The notes under the pieces are model-generated. The model was given only the letters and a program-made list of their open reading frames with translations. It was not told the DNA's origin and ran no database searches. From Caldisericaceae bacterium (GTDB lineage Bacteria > Caldisericota > Caldisericia > Caldisericales > Caldisericaceae), in the NCBI GenBank assembly GCA_049967855.1, contig JBMFRX010000013.1:1-40495 (forward strand): DNA of 40,495 nt. The letters run 5' to 3'. Numbering within the stretch: the stretch's first letter is position 1; each line of letters starts with the position of its first letter. Both the position numbers and the translations under genes were made by a program. Shown here piece after piece: positions 19,155-27,655 of the stretch.

Positions 19155-20786
19155 GTGGTTATTCAAAGTGTTTTTTTGTTTCTTGGAGGAATAGCACTTT
19201 TTATATATGGAATAACTATAACAAGCAAGAGTTTTGAAACATTTGCCTTTGGTGGTTTCAGAAAATTTCTTGACAAAGTTACTGCAAGGCCAATACTTGC
19301 GGTTCTTCTCGGCACAGTTTTCACCTCAATAATACAGTCAAGTTCTGCAACTACTGTCACTGTGGTGAGCCTTGCAAATTCAGGCACTTTGAGTTTTGAA
19401 AGCACTCTTGGTATAATCTTTGGTGCTAATATCGGAACTACTGCAACAGCTCAAATCATCGCATTTAATTTTACCAAGTATTCACTAATTATTTTTGCTA
19501 TTGGATTCTTCCTTTCAATGATTCCAAAAAAAGAGCTTGTAAGAGAACTCGGCAGGGGTATAATGGGCTTTGGGCTTATATTTATTGGAATGCAATTTAT
19601 GGAACAGTCAGTTGCTCCACTTAAGAATTCTCCTTTTTTCATCGACCTTTTTGTTAAGATGAGCAAAAAACCGATACTTGGAGTTCTCGTTTCTGCTGTT
19701 TTCACTGGAATTGAGCAGAGTTCGTCAGTCACAGTAGGTATTGTACAAGCGCTTGGCGCCGAGGGGCTTCTTGACCTTAAAGCAGCGTTCTCTCTTGTAA
19801 TTGGAGCAAACATTGGAACGACGGTTACTGCAATTCTGGCTTCGCTTGGCACAAACACTCAGGCAAGAAGAGCAGCTATTTCACATGTTATTTTCAATTT
19901 AGTAGGGGCTGTTATATTCCTCATTATCTTCAAGCCCTATGTAGCTTTGATTTCCAAAACGTCTTCCAGCCTTGTGCGGCAGATAGCAAACGCCCATACA
20001 ATGTTTAACATTATCTGCACAATTCTATTTCTTCCCTTTATTAGACAGTATGCAAAACTCATCAAGAAACTTGTCCCAGGAGAAGAAGTTGTTGTTGAAA
20101 GCGGAACGAAGTATATCGACAAACGGTTGTTGAATATGCCATCGTTTGCAATTGATGCAATGTACAAGGAAGTTTTCAATATGTTTGGAATGGCAAAGAA
20201 AAACCTTGAGTCAGTCTGCCTTATGGTGAGCAAAAACACAAACAAACTCTTGCAGAATATCAATCTCAGAGAAACCGCCATTAACCAGGTTAACAAGGAA
20301 ATACAGGCATTTGCTCCTCAAATAACCTCAAAGCAGTTAACGAGTGAACAGTCAAAGGAAGTGAACCTCCTTGTTAATGTCGCTTCCCAAATAGAAAGAA
20401 TTGGAGACATCTTGAAAGGTATCTCGGAGCTTCAGATAGAGAAAATGAAAGAGGGAATTTTGTTTTCAGATATTGCAATGGAAGACATAACAAAAATGAT
20501 TGATACAATAAGAACTGAATACGAAATAATTGAAAATAATTTTGACAGTTTTTCATTTGAACACTTCAGGCGAATCGAAGAAATGGAACAGTCTATTGAC
20601 GACATGGAAATTGCCTTAAGAGAGGCTCACGTGGAAAGGCTCGTCAACGGGGTTTGCAGTGCCGAAGCAGGGATTATATATGTAGATATGCTTTCAGATT
20701 TAGAAAGAATCTCAGACCATATATACAAGATTGCTCGACTTCTTAAAGAGAAAGAAAATCTAAAGGAGTTTACAAACGATAGTTAG
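19155..20786 (+). CDS. Na+/Pi cotransporter family protein with C-terminal PhoU-like domains
   Basis: Two QSSS...GANIGTT repeats; C-terminal ERIGD and ERISDH PhoU motifs. Confidence 0.92.
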   Translation: MVIQSVFLFLGGIALFIYGITITSKSFETFAFGGFRKFLDKVTARPILAVLLGTVFTSIIQSSSATTVTVVSLANSGTLSFESTLGIIFGANIGTTATAQIIAFNFTKYSLIIFAIGFFLSMIPKKELVRELGRGIMGFGLIFIGMQFMEQSVAPLKNSPFFIDLFVKMSKKPILGVLVSAVFTGIEQSSSVTVGIVQALGAEGLLDLKAAFSLVIGANIGTTVTAILASLGTNTQARRAAISHVIFNLVGAVIFLIIFKPYVALISKTSSSLVRQIANAHTMFNIICTILFLPFIRQYAKLIKKLVPGEEVVVESGTKYIDKRLLNMPSFAIDAMYKEVFNMFGMAKKNLESVCLMVSKNTNKLLQNINLRETAINQVNKEIQAFAPQITSKQLTSEQSKEVNLLVNVASQIERIGDILKGISELQIEKMKEGILFSDIAMEDITKMIDTIRTEYEIIENNFDSFSFEHFRRIEEMEQSIDDMEIALREAHVERLVNGVCSAEAGIIYVDMLSDLERISDHIYKIARLLKEKENLKEFTNDS

Positions 20787-20807
20787 CTCTAAAGTTATCC
20801 CAAATTT

Positions 20808-20840
20808 ACTACGCATCCGTGCCAGGCACTGGTGTGTAGT
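20808..20840. repeat. REP-like imperfect palindrome, copy 1
   Basis: ACTACGCATCCGTGCCAGGCACTGGTGTGTAGT; 31/33 identical to the reverse complement of 29453-29485; lies between convergent genes. Confidence 0.8.
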
Positions 20841-20856
20841 AAAACGAAAATTGTTT

Positions 20857-21240
20857 TCACCTGTTATGACTAATAATTGCCCTTACTATAAGGTAGATAA
20901 CCAAAACCCATATGGATATAACAATTACTGCGCCAATCCACTTGACCCTTGTATCAAAATTGGCTTCTTTTGCTTTTTCCCTGCATTCCAAAAGAACTTC
21001 CTTAGGAACCAGCTTTAACGAAAGGGCAATTCCTAAGGGTATTATGATAATGTCGTCAAGATAGCCAAAGACAGGAATAAAATCTGGAATTAAATCAATT
21101 GGAGATAGCGCATACCCAACAACGAAAATAATAATTCCCTTGGCTAAAAGTGGCACCCTCGGGTCACGAAGCGCGTAGTACAAGGCAAAAGTATCATCTT
21201 TGAGTTCTCGGACTCTGTTTTTGATGCTTTGAATATTCAT
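20857..21240 (-). CDS. YkvA/DUF1232 family membrane protein
   Basis: YALSPIDLIPDFIPVFGYLDD signature. Confidence 0.92.
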   Translation of the reverse strand: MNIQSIKNRVRELKDDTFALYYALRDPRVPLLAKGIIIFVVGYALSPIDLIPDFIPVFGYLDDIIIIPLGIALSLKLVPKEVLLECREKAKEANFDTRVKWIGAVIVISIWVLVIYLIVRAIISHNR

Positions 21241-21704
21241 ACATAGAAATTATACACCTTTTGACCGTTTGAAGAATATCTCTTATTACTTGAGCAATAG
21301 CTACGAAGTTTAGAATGGAAAGTAAGCCTTTGAATGGCTTCGTAAAACTAACAGGCACTCGAAGAAGTTCCTCGGCAGGTGTTTTTGACAAACCCTTTCC
21401 GTCACACGGAAAAAAGTGTTCTACGAATCTGCTTCGGTATAAGTAAAATATAGGTACACTTTCTGCAGTAAGGGATTAACAGATTTTGATTATTTAGCAA
21501 TATCAATACAATACTTGTGAGAAAGGCGGTTATTGGAATTGGTAAAAGGTGAAAAGTGGTTTCAGACAGAACAAATATGAAGGAAAGGCTATTTATTAAT
21601 GAGAATCTTGAGCTCACTTGCAAAAGTTGTGCTTACAGCAATACAGTTGACAGTGCCAACAGTTTTTGTTTTTCAATATTGGAAGGTCATTTTTTGAGGG
21701 CAGT

Positions 21705-22376
21705 ATGGACGAGATAGAGATAGAGCGCATAACAAGGTCAAACAGAAAAACGATTTCACTTGAGGTAACAGACAAGGCAACCCTTGTAATAAAGGCCCCT
21801 TATTCTGTTTCAAACAACGCTATAAATGAAGTGATTCATAGGCACATCAGGTGGATCAGGAAGAGAATATCAAACGCAAGAACCATCGACAAATCATCCG
21901 AAAAGCAATTTGTTTCAGGAGAAAGCTTTCTCTATCTTGGAAGGACTTACAGGCTTTTCATTGTAAAAGAGCAAACCGAGATACTTAGGTTCGATAACGC
22001 TTTCTACCTCAGAGAAGATAACCAACCCTTTGCAAGAGACAGATTCATCGAATGGTACAAAAAAACCTCAAGAAGTTTCATCTCAGAAAGGGTGCGTTTC
22101 TATTCAAATCTAACAGGCATTAAATACCAGAAGGTAAAAATAACTTCTGCAAGAAAAAGATGGGGCTCTTGTTCGAGGGAAGGAAATTTAAGCTTTACGT
22201 ACAAGCTGATTATGGCACCTATTTTCGTTATAGATTATGTTGTAGTGCATGAGCTATGCCACATATTAGAGCACAACCATTCAAAGGCCTTTTGGGAACA
22301 TGTCAGAACAATTTTGCCAAACTACAAAGAGTCCAAAGATTACCTCAAAGAAAAAGGACGAATGATAGACTTATAA
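21705..22376 (+). CDS. YgjP/DUF45-like (M48/SprT-type) zinc metallohydrolase
   Basis: RSNRKTISLEV, GESFLYLG, KRWGSCS, IDYVVVHELCH, HNHSKAFW. Start at ATG 21705 after GAGGG. Confidence 0.9.
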   Translation: MDEIEIERITRSNRKTISLEVTDKATLVIKAPYSVSNNAINEVIHRHIRWIRKRISNARTIDKSSEKQFVSGESFLYLGRTYRLFIVKEQTEILRFDNAFYLREDNQPFARDRFIEWYKKTSRSFISERVRFYSNLTGIKYQKVKITSARKRWGSCSREGNLSFTYKLIMAPIFVIDYVVVHELCHILEHNHSKAFWEHVRTILPNYKESKDYLKEKGRMIDL

Positions 22377-22388
22377 AAGGGAGACTAA

Positions 22389-23312
22389 ATGGACAAAAGC
22401 CAGGATGCTTCAAAGGAAGTTTACGAGTTTTTAGCAACAAATCAAATCTACCCGCAAATTAGCAGAAACGGAACGATAACGTTCAAAAGCCAAAATGGTG
22501 TTCAAATATCACAAGAGCAACAACTTGACCTTCTTCGAACTCTTAAAATAAGTACTCCTGAGGAGTGCAAGAGAGTGAGGGATTACGTTAAAGAACTGCG
22601 TAAGCAGGTGAAATCACACGTACCCATAAAAGACTGGGTAAAGGAGGAACGCCCAAGGGAGTTGCTTGTAAAGAATGGAAGCCAAAATCTGACACTTGCA
22701 AAACTCCTTGCAATAATACTGCGCACAGGAAGCGTTGGGAAAAGCGCAGAGGAACTTGCTAGAAACATCCTGGATGAATTCAAAACATTGCGAAATCTTG
22801 ACTCTGCAACGATAGATGAGATATGCAAAATTCAAGGCATTGGTATTGCCAAGGCAGCCCAGATTAAGGCAGCGTTCGAAATAGGAAAACGTCTTATGCA
22901 TGAGCAAGCCGAATCCACTAAGAAAATTCGGAGTCCAAGGGAAGCATTGCAGTATGTATCTGAGTACTTCGCACCATATTTGAGAGATGCAAAGAACGAA
23001 TTTTTCTTTATCGTTCTGCTTGATATAAAGAACAAACCCATCAAACACGTTGAGATAAGCAAAGGAAGCATAAATGCAAGTATTGTTGACCCAAAGGAGG
23101 TGGTAAAGGAAGCAAGTCTGAGCTCTGCTTCATCAGTCATCCTTCTCCATAACCATCCATCGGGAGAGACCGAGCCCTCTGAAGAAGATTTAAAAATCAC
23201 TTCCCAGATTGTAAAAGCATTGGAACTTGTGAATGTAAAGGTACTTGACCACATAATTCTTGGTAAGAACCACGATGATTTTTTCAGCTTTGCAAATGCA
23301 GGAATTCTTTAA
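22389..23312 (+). CDS. radC: RadC (JAB-domain) protein with ~78-aa N-terminal extension
   Basis: IKDWVKEERPRELL, LLAIILRTG, HhH motif IQGIGIAKA, HNHPSGETEPSEED, LDHIILG. Confidence 0.9.
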   Translation: MDKSQDASKEVYEFLATNQIYPQISRNGTITFKSQNGVQISQEQQLDLLRTLKISTPEECKRVRDYVKELRKQVKSHVPIKDWVKEERPRELLVKNGSQNLTLAKLLAIILRTGSVGKSAEELARNILDEFKTLRNLDSATIDEICKIQGIGIAKAAQIKAAFEIGKRLMHEQAESTKKIRSPREALQYVSEYFAPYLRDAKNEFFFIVLLDIKNKPIKHVEISKGSINASIVDPKEVVKEASLSSASSVILLHNHPSGETEPSEEDLKITSQIVKALELVNVKVLDHIILGKNHDDFFSFANAGIL

Positions 23313-23418
23313 CTCTTAAGGCTTTCGTTTTAAGAAACATCGCTGCAAAAAAATACAAGCTTAACCTAATAATCGTAATATGCACAAATATCAATTTTGT
23401 TAACATCTATTTTGGAAT

Positions 23419-23449
23419 TCACAATTAAATCACAATTAAAAGATATTCT
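23419..23449 (+). promoter_or_regulatory. Tandem 11-bp direct repeat (OmpR/PhoB-type box) upstream of a -10-like hexamer
   Basis: TCACAATTAAA-TCACAATTAAA (23419-23440), then TATTCT (23444-23449), SD GAGGA and ATG 23465. Confidence 0.55.
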
Positions 23450-23464
23450 TACTATGAGGACTGT

Positions 23465-25066
23465 ATGCATACTTTCAATAGGTCGAACAGAAAAGTAATT
23501 ATTGAAACATTATGCCTAATTGCGGTTATCGCAATAGCAATTGCGATACGTTCTTACATTATGTTTGGCACTTCGCTTATTCCAGGAATGAATGGAGGTT
23601 ACTACCTCGTCCAAACAAGAAGCATAATCGAAAAGGGGCACCTTGGCGAGCATGATATGCCACTTCTATTTTTGCTTCAAGCTGGTTTTGCACTTGTCAT
23701 TAAGTTCTTATCAAATATGAATCTTGAATCCTCTATCTTCCTGTCCGTGAAAATCTTCGACAGTGTAATTCCTGCTCTTTCTGCAATCCCTGCGTATCTT
23801 GTGACAAAATACCTTAATAAAGATAAAAACTATATTCTGCCGATTATTGCATCAGCAGCAGTTGTGACAATTTCATATGGTCCGCTCAGGATGCTTGGCG
23901 ATTTCCAAAAGAATGCTCTCGGAATGATGTGGTTCCTTTTTATGGCGTATTTCCTCATTAAAGCACTCTCGGTGAATTCAAAGCGAGACCTTATCTTATC
24001 ATTAATTTTTCTTGTTCTGTGCGGGCTAACGCACATTGGGGCATTTGGAGTTGCATTGGTTTTTATCGTGCTCGCAGCTTTAACTTCGATGGTATTTATT
24101 TCAAGAATTTCAAAGCGCAGTTTAACAGCGTTCAGCCTTACAGTAATCGGAATTTTAGCTTTACTTGCCCTGTTGAAGATTAGCTCAGACTCAATAAGGA
24201 TATCGAGATTAATCTCCTATATTGAAGCGCCGCTTTCCTTATTCCAATTCTCAAATGCAAAAGGTATGTTTAGAGCAGAAAGTATCCAGAACACAATTAT
24301 GTTTGGGCTTATATCGGTTATAATGATTTTGATGCTCGCCTGGCAGAGACGCTCGTTCAAGAAGTGGGAATATGTAGTAATTATACCTTCTGTTGTTATG
24401 ACGCTTTTTCTTATTTCTCCTTTTGTTAGCCAGGATTTCTCCACGCGTTCCCAAATAATGGCTTTTGCTCCAGGAATGATTGCCCTCGCCTTCTTTTTCA
24501 GGCACAGCAACAATTTATTCAAGTGGGCTGTTGCAACCTTAGTCGTAATTGCTTTAATTGCAGGGCTTCCTTCAATTTTGGTTACGGCGAGCACTCCATC
24601 AATATCTGCTGCCTCTTACTATGAGCTCACAACTCTTCAAAGTTCTATTACTGAGCCAAGTGAGACATTAGTAATAGCACGTCACGGACTAGAATGGTGG
24701 GTGGCCTGGGCACTGCACACAAACGTTGCTCAAGCAAACGCTGTTACATCAAATGATTGGAACGATTACAAGAATGTATTGTATATTCAGGAAATTTCTG
24801 AGGGAAATGGATTGGGCAATCAACCACTTCAATTGCAACAGCCTCCTTTTGGGAATATTGTGTCCTTTGCCCCTGACCAAAATAAAGCACCACAACCTCC
24901 AAACCAGATGCCTCAAAACAATCAACCTCAAAATGGAACATTACCGCAAGGCCCATTTTCCAATACAGTGATTGCAAGCTCTGATGAAATTACTCTCTTT
25001 AAGGGGAATTATTTTATCCTCTACAAGTTGCCTACTGCAATCACACTGCCAGGTGGCAACAAATAG
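23465..25066 (+). CDS. Polytopic membrane protein, GT-C/PMT-like topology, with Pro/Gln-rich C-terminal segment
   Basis: TM1, then loop PGMNGGYYLVQ...DMPL, 10 or more TM helices incl. GLTHIG, and a soluble C-terminal domain; resembles GT-C glycosyltransferase architecture (inference). Confidence 0.55.
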   Translation: MHTFNRSNRKVIIETLCLIAVIAIAIAIRSYIMFGTSLIPGMNGGYYLVQTRSIIEKGHLGEHDMPLLFLLQAGFALVIKFLSNMNLESSIFLSVKIFDSVIPALSAIPAYLVTKYLNKDKNYILPIIASAAVVTISYGPLRMLGDFQKNALGMMWFLFMAYFLIKALSVNSKRDLILSLIFLVLCGLTHIGAFGVALVFIVLAALTSMVFISRISKRSLTAFSLTVIGILALLALLKISSDSIRISRLISYIEAPLSLFQFSNAKGMFRAESIQNTIMFGLISVIMILMLAWQRRSFKKWEYVVIIPSVVMTLFLISPFVSQDFSTRSQIMAFAPGMIALAFFFRHSNNLFKWAVATLVVIALIAGLPSILVTASTPSISAASYYELTTLQSSITEPSETLVIARHGLEWWVAWALHTNVAQANAVTSNDWNDYKNVLYIQEISEGNGLGNQPLQLQQPPFGNIVSFAPDQNKAPQPPNQMPQNNQPQNGTLPQGPFSNTVIASSDEITLFKGNYFILYKLPTAITLPGGNK

Positions 25067-25428
25067 AAATAAGAACTTGAGTCATTAAAAGGGGGGCTCG
25101 CAAACAATCACTTTAGATCTAAACTATGCAATCATCCAACACTTGAGAATCCAGTTATGCAAAAAATTGACAAAAATGCTTAACTATCCTTATAGGATTA
25201 ACAGAATATCTGAGCATATAATGACGAAAGCTTTGGGAACAGGCGAAATTTCAGTTAGGAAGAGCAAACCCCCTTCAAAATTTGACTACAAAAGTATTAA
25301 AAGGAAGAAAAATATTCCATTTGAGTCTTGCAGAGACAAAAGCATTTTTAAATTATTTGTAATTTGTTTAAACATCTGTATAATTCAAAAAACAATGTTG
25401 AATTCTGTTGAAAAGGGAGAGACTAAAT

Positions 25429-27288
25429 ATGCCAGAAAAGAGTGTTATTGTTATTGGAGCAGGTCTTAGCGGGCTTGCAACTGCAGCGCTTCTTTCAAAG
25501 AGAGGTTTTAAGGTTACGGTTATCGACAAGAACTACCAGCCCGGTGGCTCTTCAGGTGCATTTAAGAGAAATGGCAATATCTTTGACGTCGGTTCCGCAA
25601 TGATGTTTGGATTCGGTGAAAGTGGATTCAACCCTCACACTTTCCTTTTTAACGAAATAGAAGAATCCATAGAAGTAATTCCGCATAAAGCGATGTACAG
25701 GCTCCATTACAAGGGAGAAATAATAACCTTTTGGAACGACTTTGATAGCTTTTTTAGAGAACTTGAAAGACTTTTTCCACAGGAAATTGGAAACATAAAG
25801 AGGTTTTACTCATATATTGACGACCTCTACACGAATGTTGTGATGAAAGACCCTTCTCTTATTGCCCCATCGGAGATACCAAGAGATGAACTTTCTAAGA
25901 GATTTAGAGAAGACCCATTAACTCAACTGAGGACTTTGCCTCTTCTTTTCAAGAATTCTTCGTCAATTTTGAAAAAATTCACCAAGTCGAAAGAAGTCAT
26001 TCAGTTCTTTAACAAAATAACCTCCACCTACAGTTACACCAATATGGACGAGACCCCTGCAATTATGGCAGTAACAATGTTCATGGAAAATCACAAAAGC
26101 AGCAGCTTTTACATCTATGGCTCTACTCAGGTTTACGTAGGGAAACTTGAGAAAGCGATAGAGAAGAACGGAGGAAAGATATTATACAGCAAAGAAGTAA
26201 CATTCCTAAACATAAACGATGGGGTTGTTACCGAAGCGGTCCTTGACACTGGAGAAAAATTGGTTGCCGATTACTACGTCTTCAGCGGAACTCTTTATAA
26301 TCTTTACTCACACCTGCTTCCTGATGACAAAATACCGAAGAAGATTAAGGAGAGATTTATGAAATTTAAGAGGACCCAAGCAAGCATTGTTTTATATGCT
26401 GTCGTAGACAAGAGAGTTTTCCCTGTCGATACACAACCAATAGAGATGCTTACAGAAAACCCAGTGGATATTGATGAATCTGAGATAACTCTTTACATAA
26501 CTACCATCGATGACCCTTATTTAAACGTGGAAGGTAAACACAATGTTATCGCAATAGGACCCTCTTTCAGAAATTGGCCTTCGCCAAAAGACGATTCATA
26601 CAAAGACCCAAAACTAAAGAAAGCCTACGAAAAGATGAAAGAGGAAGAGGCGCAAAGAATAATAAATTACATTGATTCACACTTTCCTGGCTTTAAAGAT
26701 GCAGTTTCATATTACGAAATAGGGACTCCTACAACGATAGAAAGATATACTCTGAAAAATTTCGGGTCTGTCGCAGGCCCAAAACAGATGATTGGACAAG
26801 AACTTCTTAAGCGCCCTCACGCAACGACTTTCCTTGATAACCTTTTTATGTGCGGCGAATCTACCGTAATGGGGACAGGGACTCCTGCAGTAGTGATTTC
26901 GGGAATTAGTGCCGCAGACGTCATACTGAGAAAAGAACATATGGATGAATATCGTTATGCTACCAACAAGGAATTTGTAAAAAGGATTGAAAAAGTTGCA
27001 GAGCCTTATCCAAGAACAAACTTGCAGAAACTTGCAGACCTTTGTCAATGGTGCGAAAACGACACTTGTAGGACTGCTTGCCCTTATGAAGTGGATGTTA
27101 GGGGAATTCTGAGAAGACTCTATGTGGAAAACGTCTATGGTGCCAAAAAACTTCTTAAATCAGACGAGGAAGGAACGCTTACGTGCCTCAAATGTGCAAA
27201 ACAGTGTGAGTCTTCTTGTCAAAGGAAAGTTATTCTTAACGAATCCGTACCTATACAGACTATTCTAAAAAACTTGAGCGAAACGTAA
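25429..27288 (+). CDS. Phytoene desaturase/CrtH(CrtISO)-family FAD oxidoreductase fused to a C-terminal 8-Cys Fe-S domain
   Basis: VIGAGLSGL, GGSSGAFKRNGNIFDVGSAMMFGFG, GTPTTIERY, NLFMCGESTVMGTGTPAVVISG; tail CQWCx4Cx3CP...CLKCx3CESSC. Confidence 0.85.
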   Translation: MPEKSVIVIGAGLSGLATAALLSKRGFKVTVIDKNYQPGGSSGAFKRNGNIFDVGSAMMFGFGESGFNPHTFLFNEIEESIEVIPHKAMYRLHYKGEIITFWNDFDSFFRELERLFPQEIGNIKRFYSYIDDLYTNVVMKDPSLIAPSEIPRDELSKRFREDPLTQLRTLPLLFKNSSSILKKFTKSKEVIQFFNKITSTYSYTNMDETPAIMAVTMFMENHKSSSFYIYGSTQVYVGKLEKAIEKNGGKILYSKEVTFLNINDGVVTEAVLDTGEKLVADYYVFSGTLYNLYSHLLPDDKIPKKIKERFMKFKRTQASIVLYAVVDKRVFPVDTQPIEMLTENPVDIDESEITLYITTIDDPYLNVEGKHNVIAIGPSFRNWPSPKDDSYKDPKLKKAYEKMKEEEAQRIINYIDSHFPGFKDAVSYYEIGTPTTIERYTLKNFGSVAGPKQMIGQELLKRPHATTFLDNLFMCGESTVMGTGTPAVVISGISAADVILRKEHMDEYRYATNKEFVKRIEKVAEPYPRTNLQKLADLCQWCENDTCRTACPYEVDVRGILRRLYVENVYGAKKLLKSDEEGTLTCLKCAKQCESSCQRKVILNESVPIQTILKNLSET

Positions 27289-27310
27289 AATAGAATAGAA
27301 CTACCTTTAT

Positions 27311-27345
27311 ATGCATGCCTTCTAGGAGTTGCATTTTATGTTTTT
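27311..27345 (+). terminator. Possible weak terminator after the Crt-like gene
   Basis: Imperfect stem ATGCA..CCT/AGG..TGCAT followed by a T-rich tract. Confidence 0.3.
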
Positions 27346-27655
27346 ATGAAAATGTTTAGAAAATGAGTTCTTCCTGGAAAAATAGTGGAGAGTTGTATTT
27401 GAATTGTTGCGAAAATCTTTTTGTCTCTTTCCTAAAGACGTTAATGGCTGTAGAGGACTGTGGATAGGAAATTCCACTATATAGAGCTTGAACAAACAAG
27501 GGACCTATAAAAATTAAAGATTTCGCATTATTACAACGTCTGAAATTTTTTTCGCGATAATTTATTTTGCGATGAGACTTTCAAGAATTTTAGAATTGAC
27601 TTCTGTTCAAAAACCTATTTCACATAAAATCGCTTTAATAAGAAGCCTTTAACTT

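Noticed and set aside
20808..20840. 33-bp palindromic repeat as a CRISPR repeat
   Set aside because: Only two copies, 8.6 kb apart and inverted; no spacers or cas genes.
22375..22391. Shared leader AAAAGGGAGA(GA)CTAAAT before radC and the Crt-like gene (25411-25428)
   Set aside because: Mostly explained by the SD plus an A-rich spacer; too short to support a regulatory claim.
25143..25469. 108-aa ORF upstream of the Crt-like gene
   Set aside because: TTG start without SD, Lys-rich composition typical of AT-rich non-coding DNA, and overlaps the probable promoter and start of the real gene.
27346..27655. 310-bp gap between the convergent Crt-like and GT2 genes
   Set aside because: No convincing ORF, repeat or RNA motif recognised.
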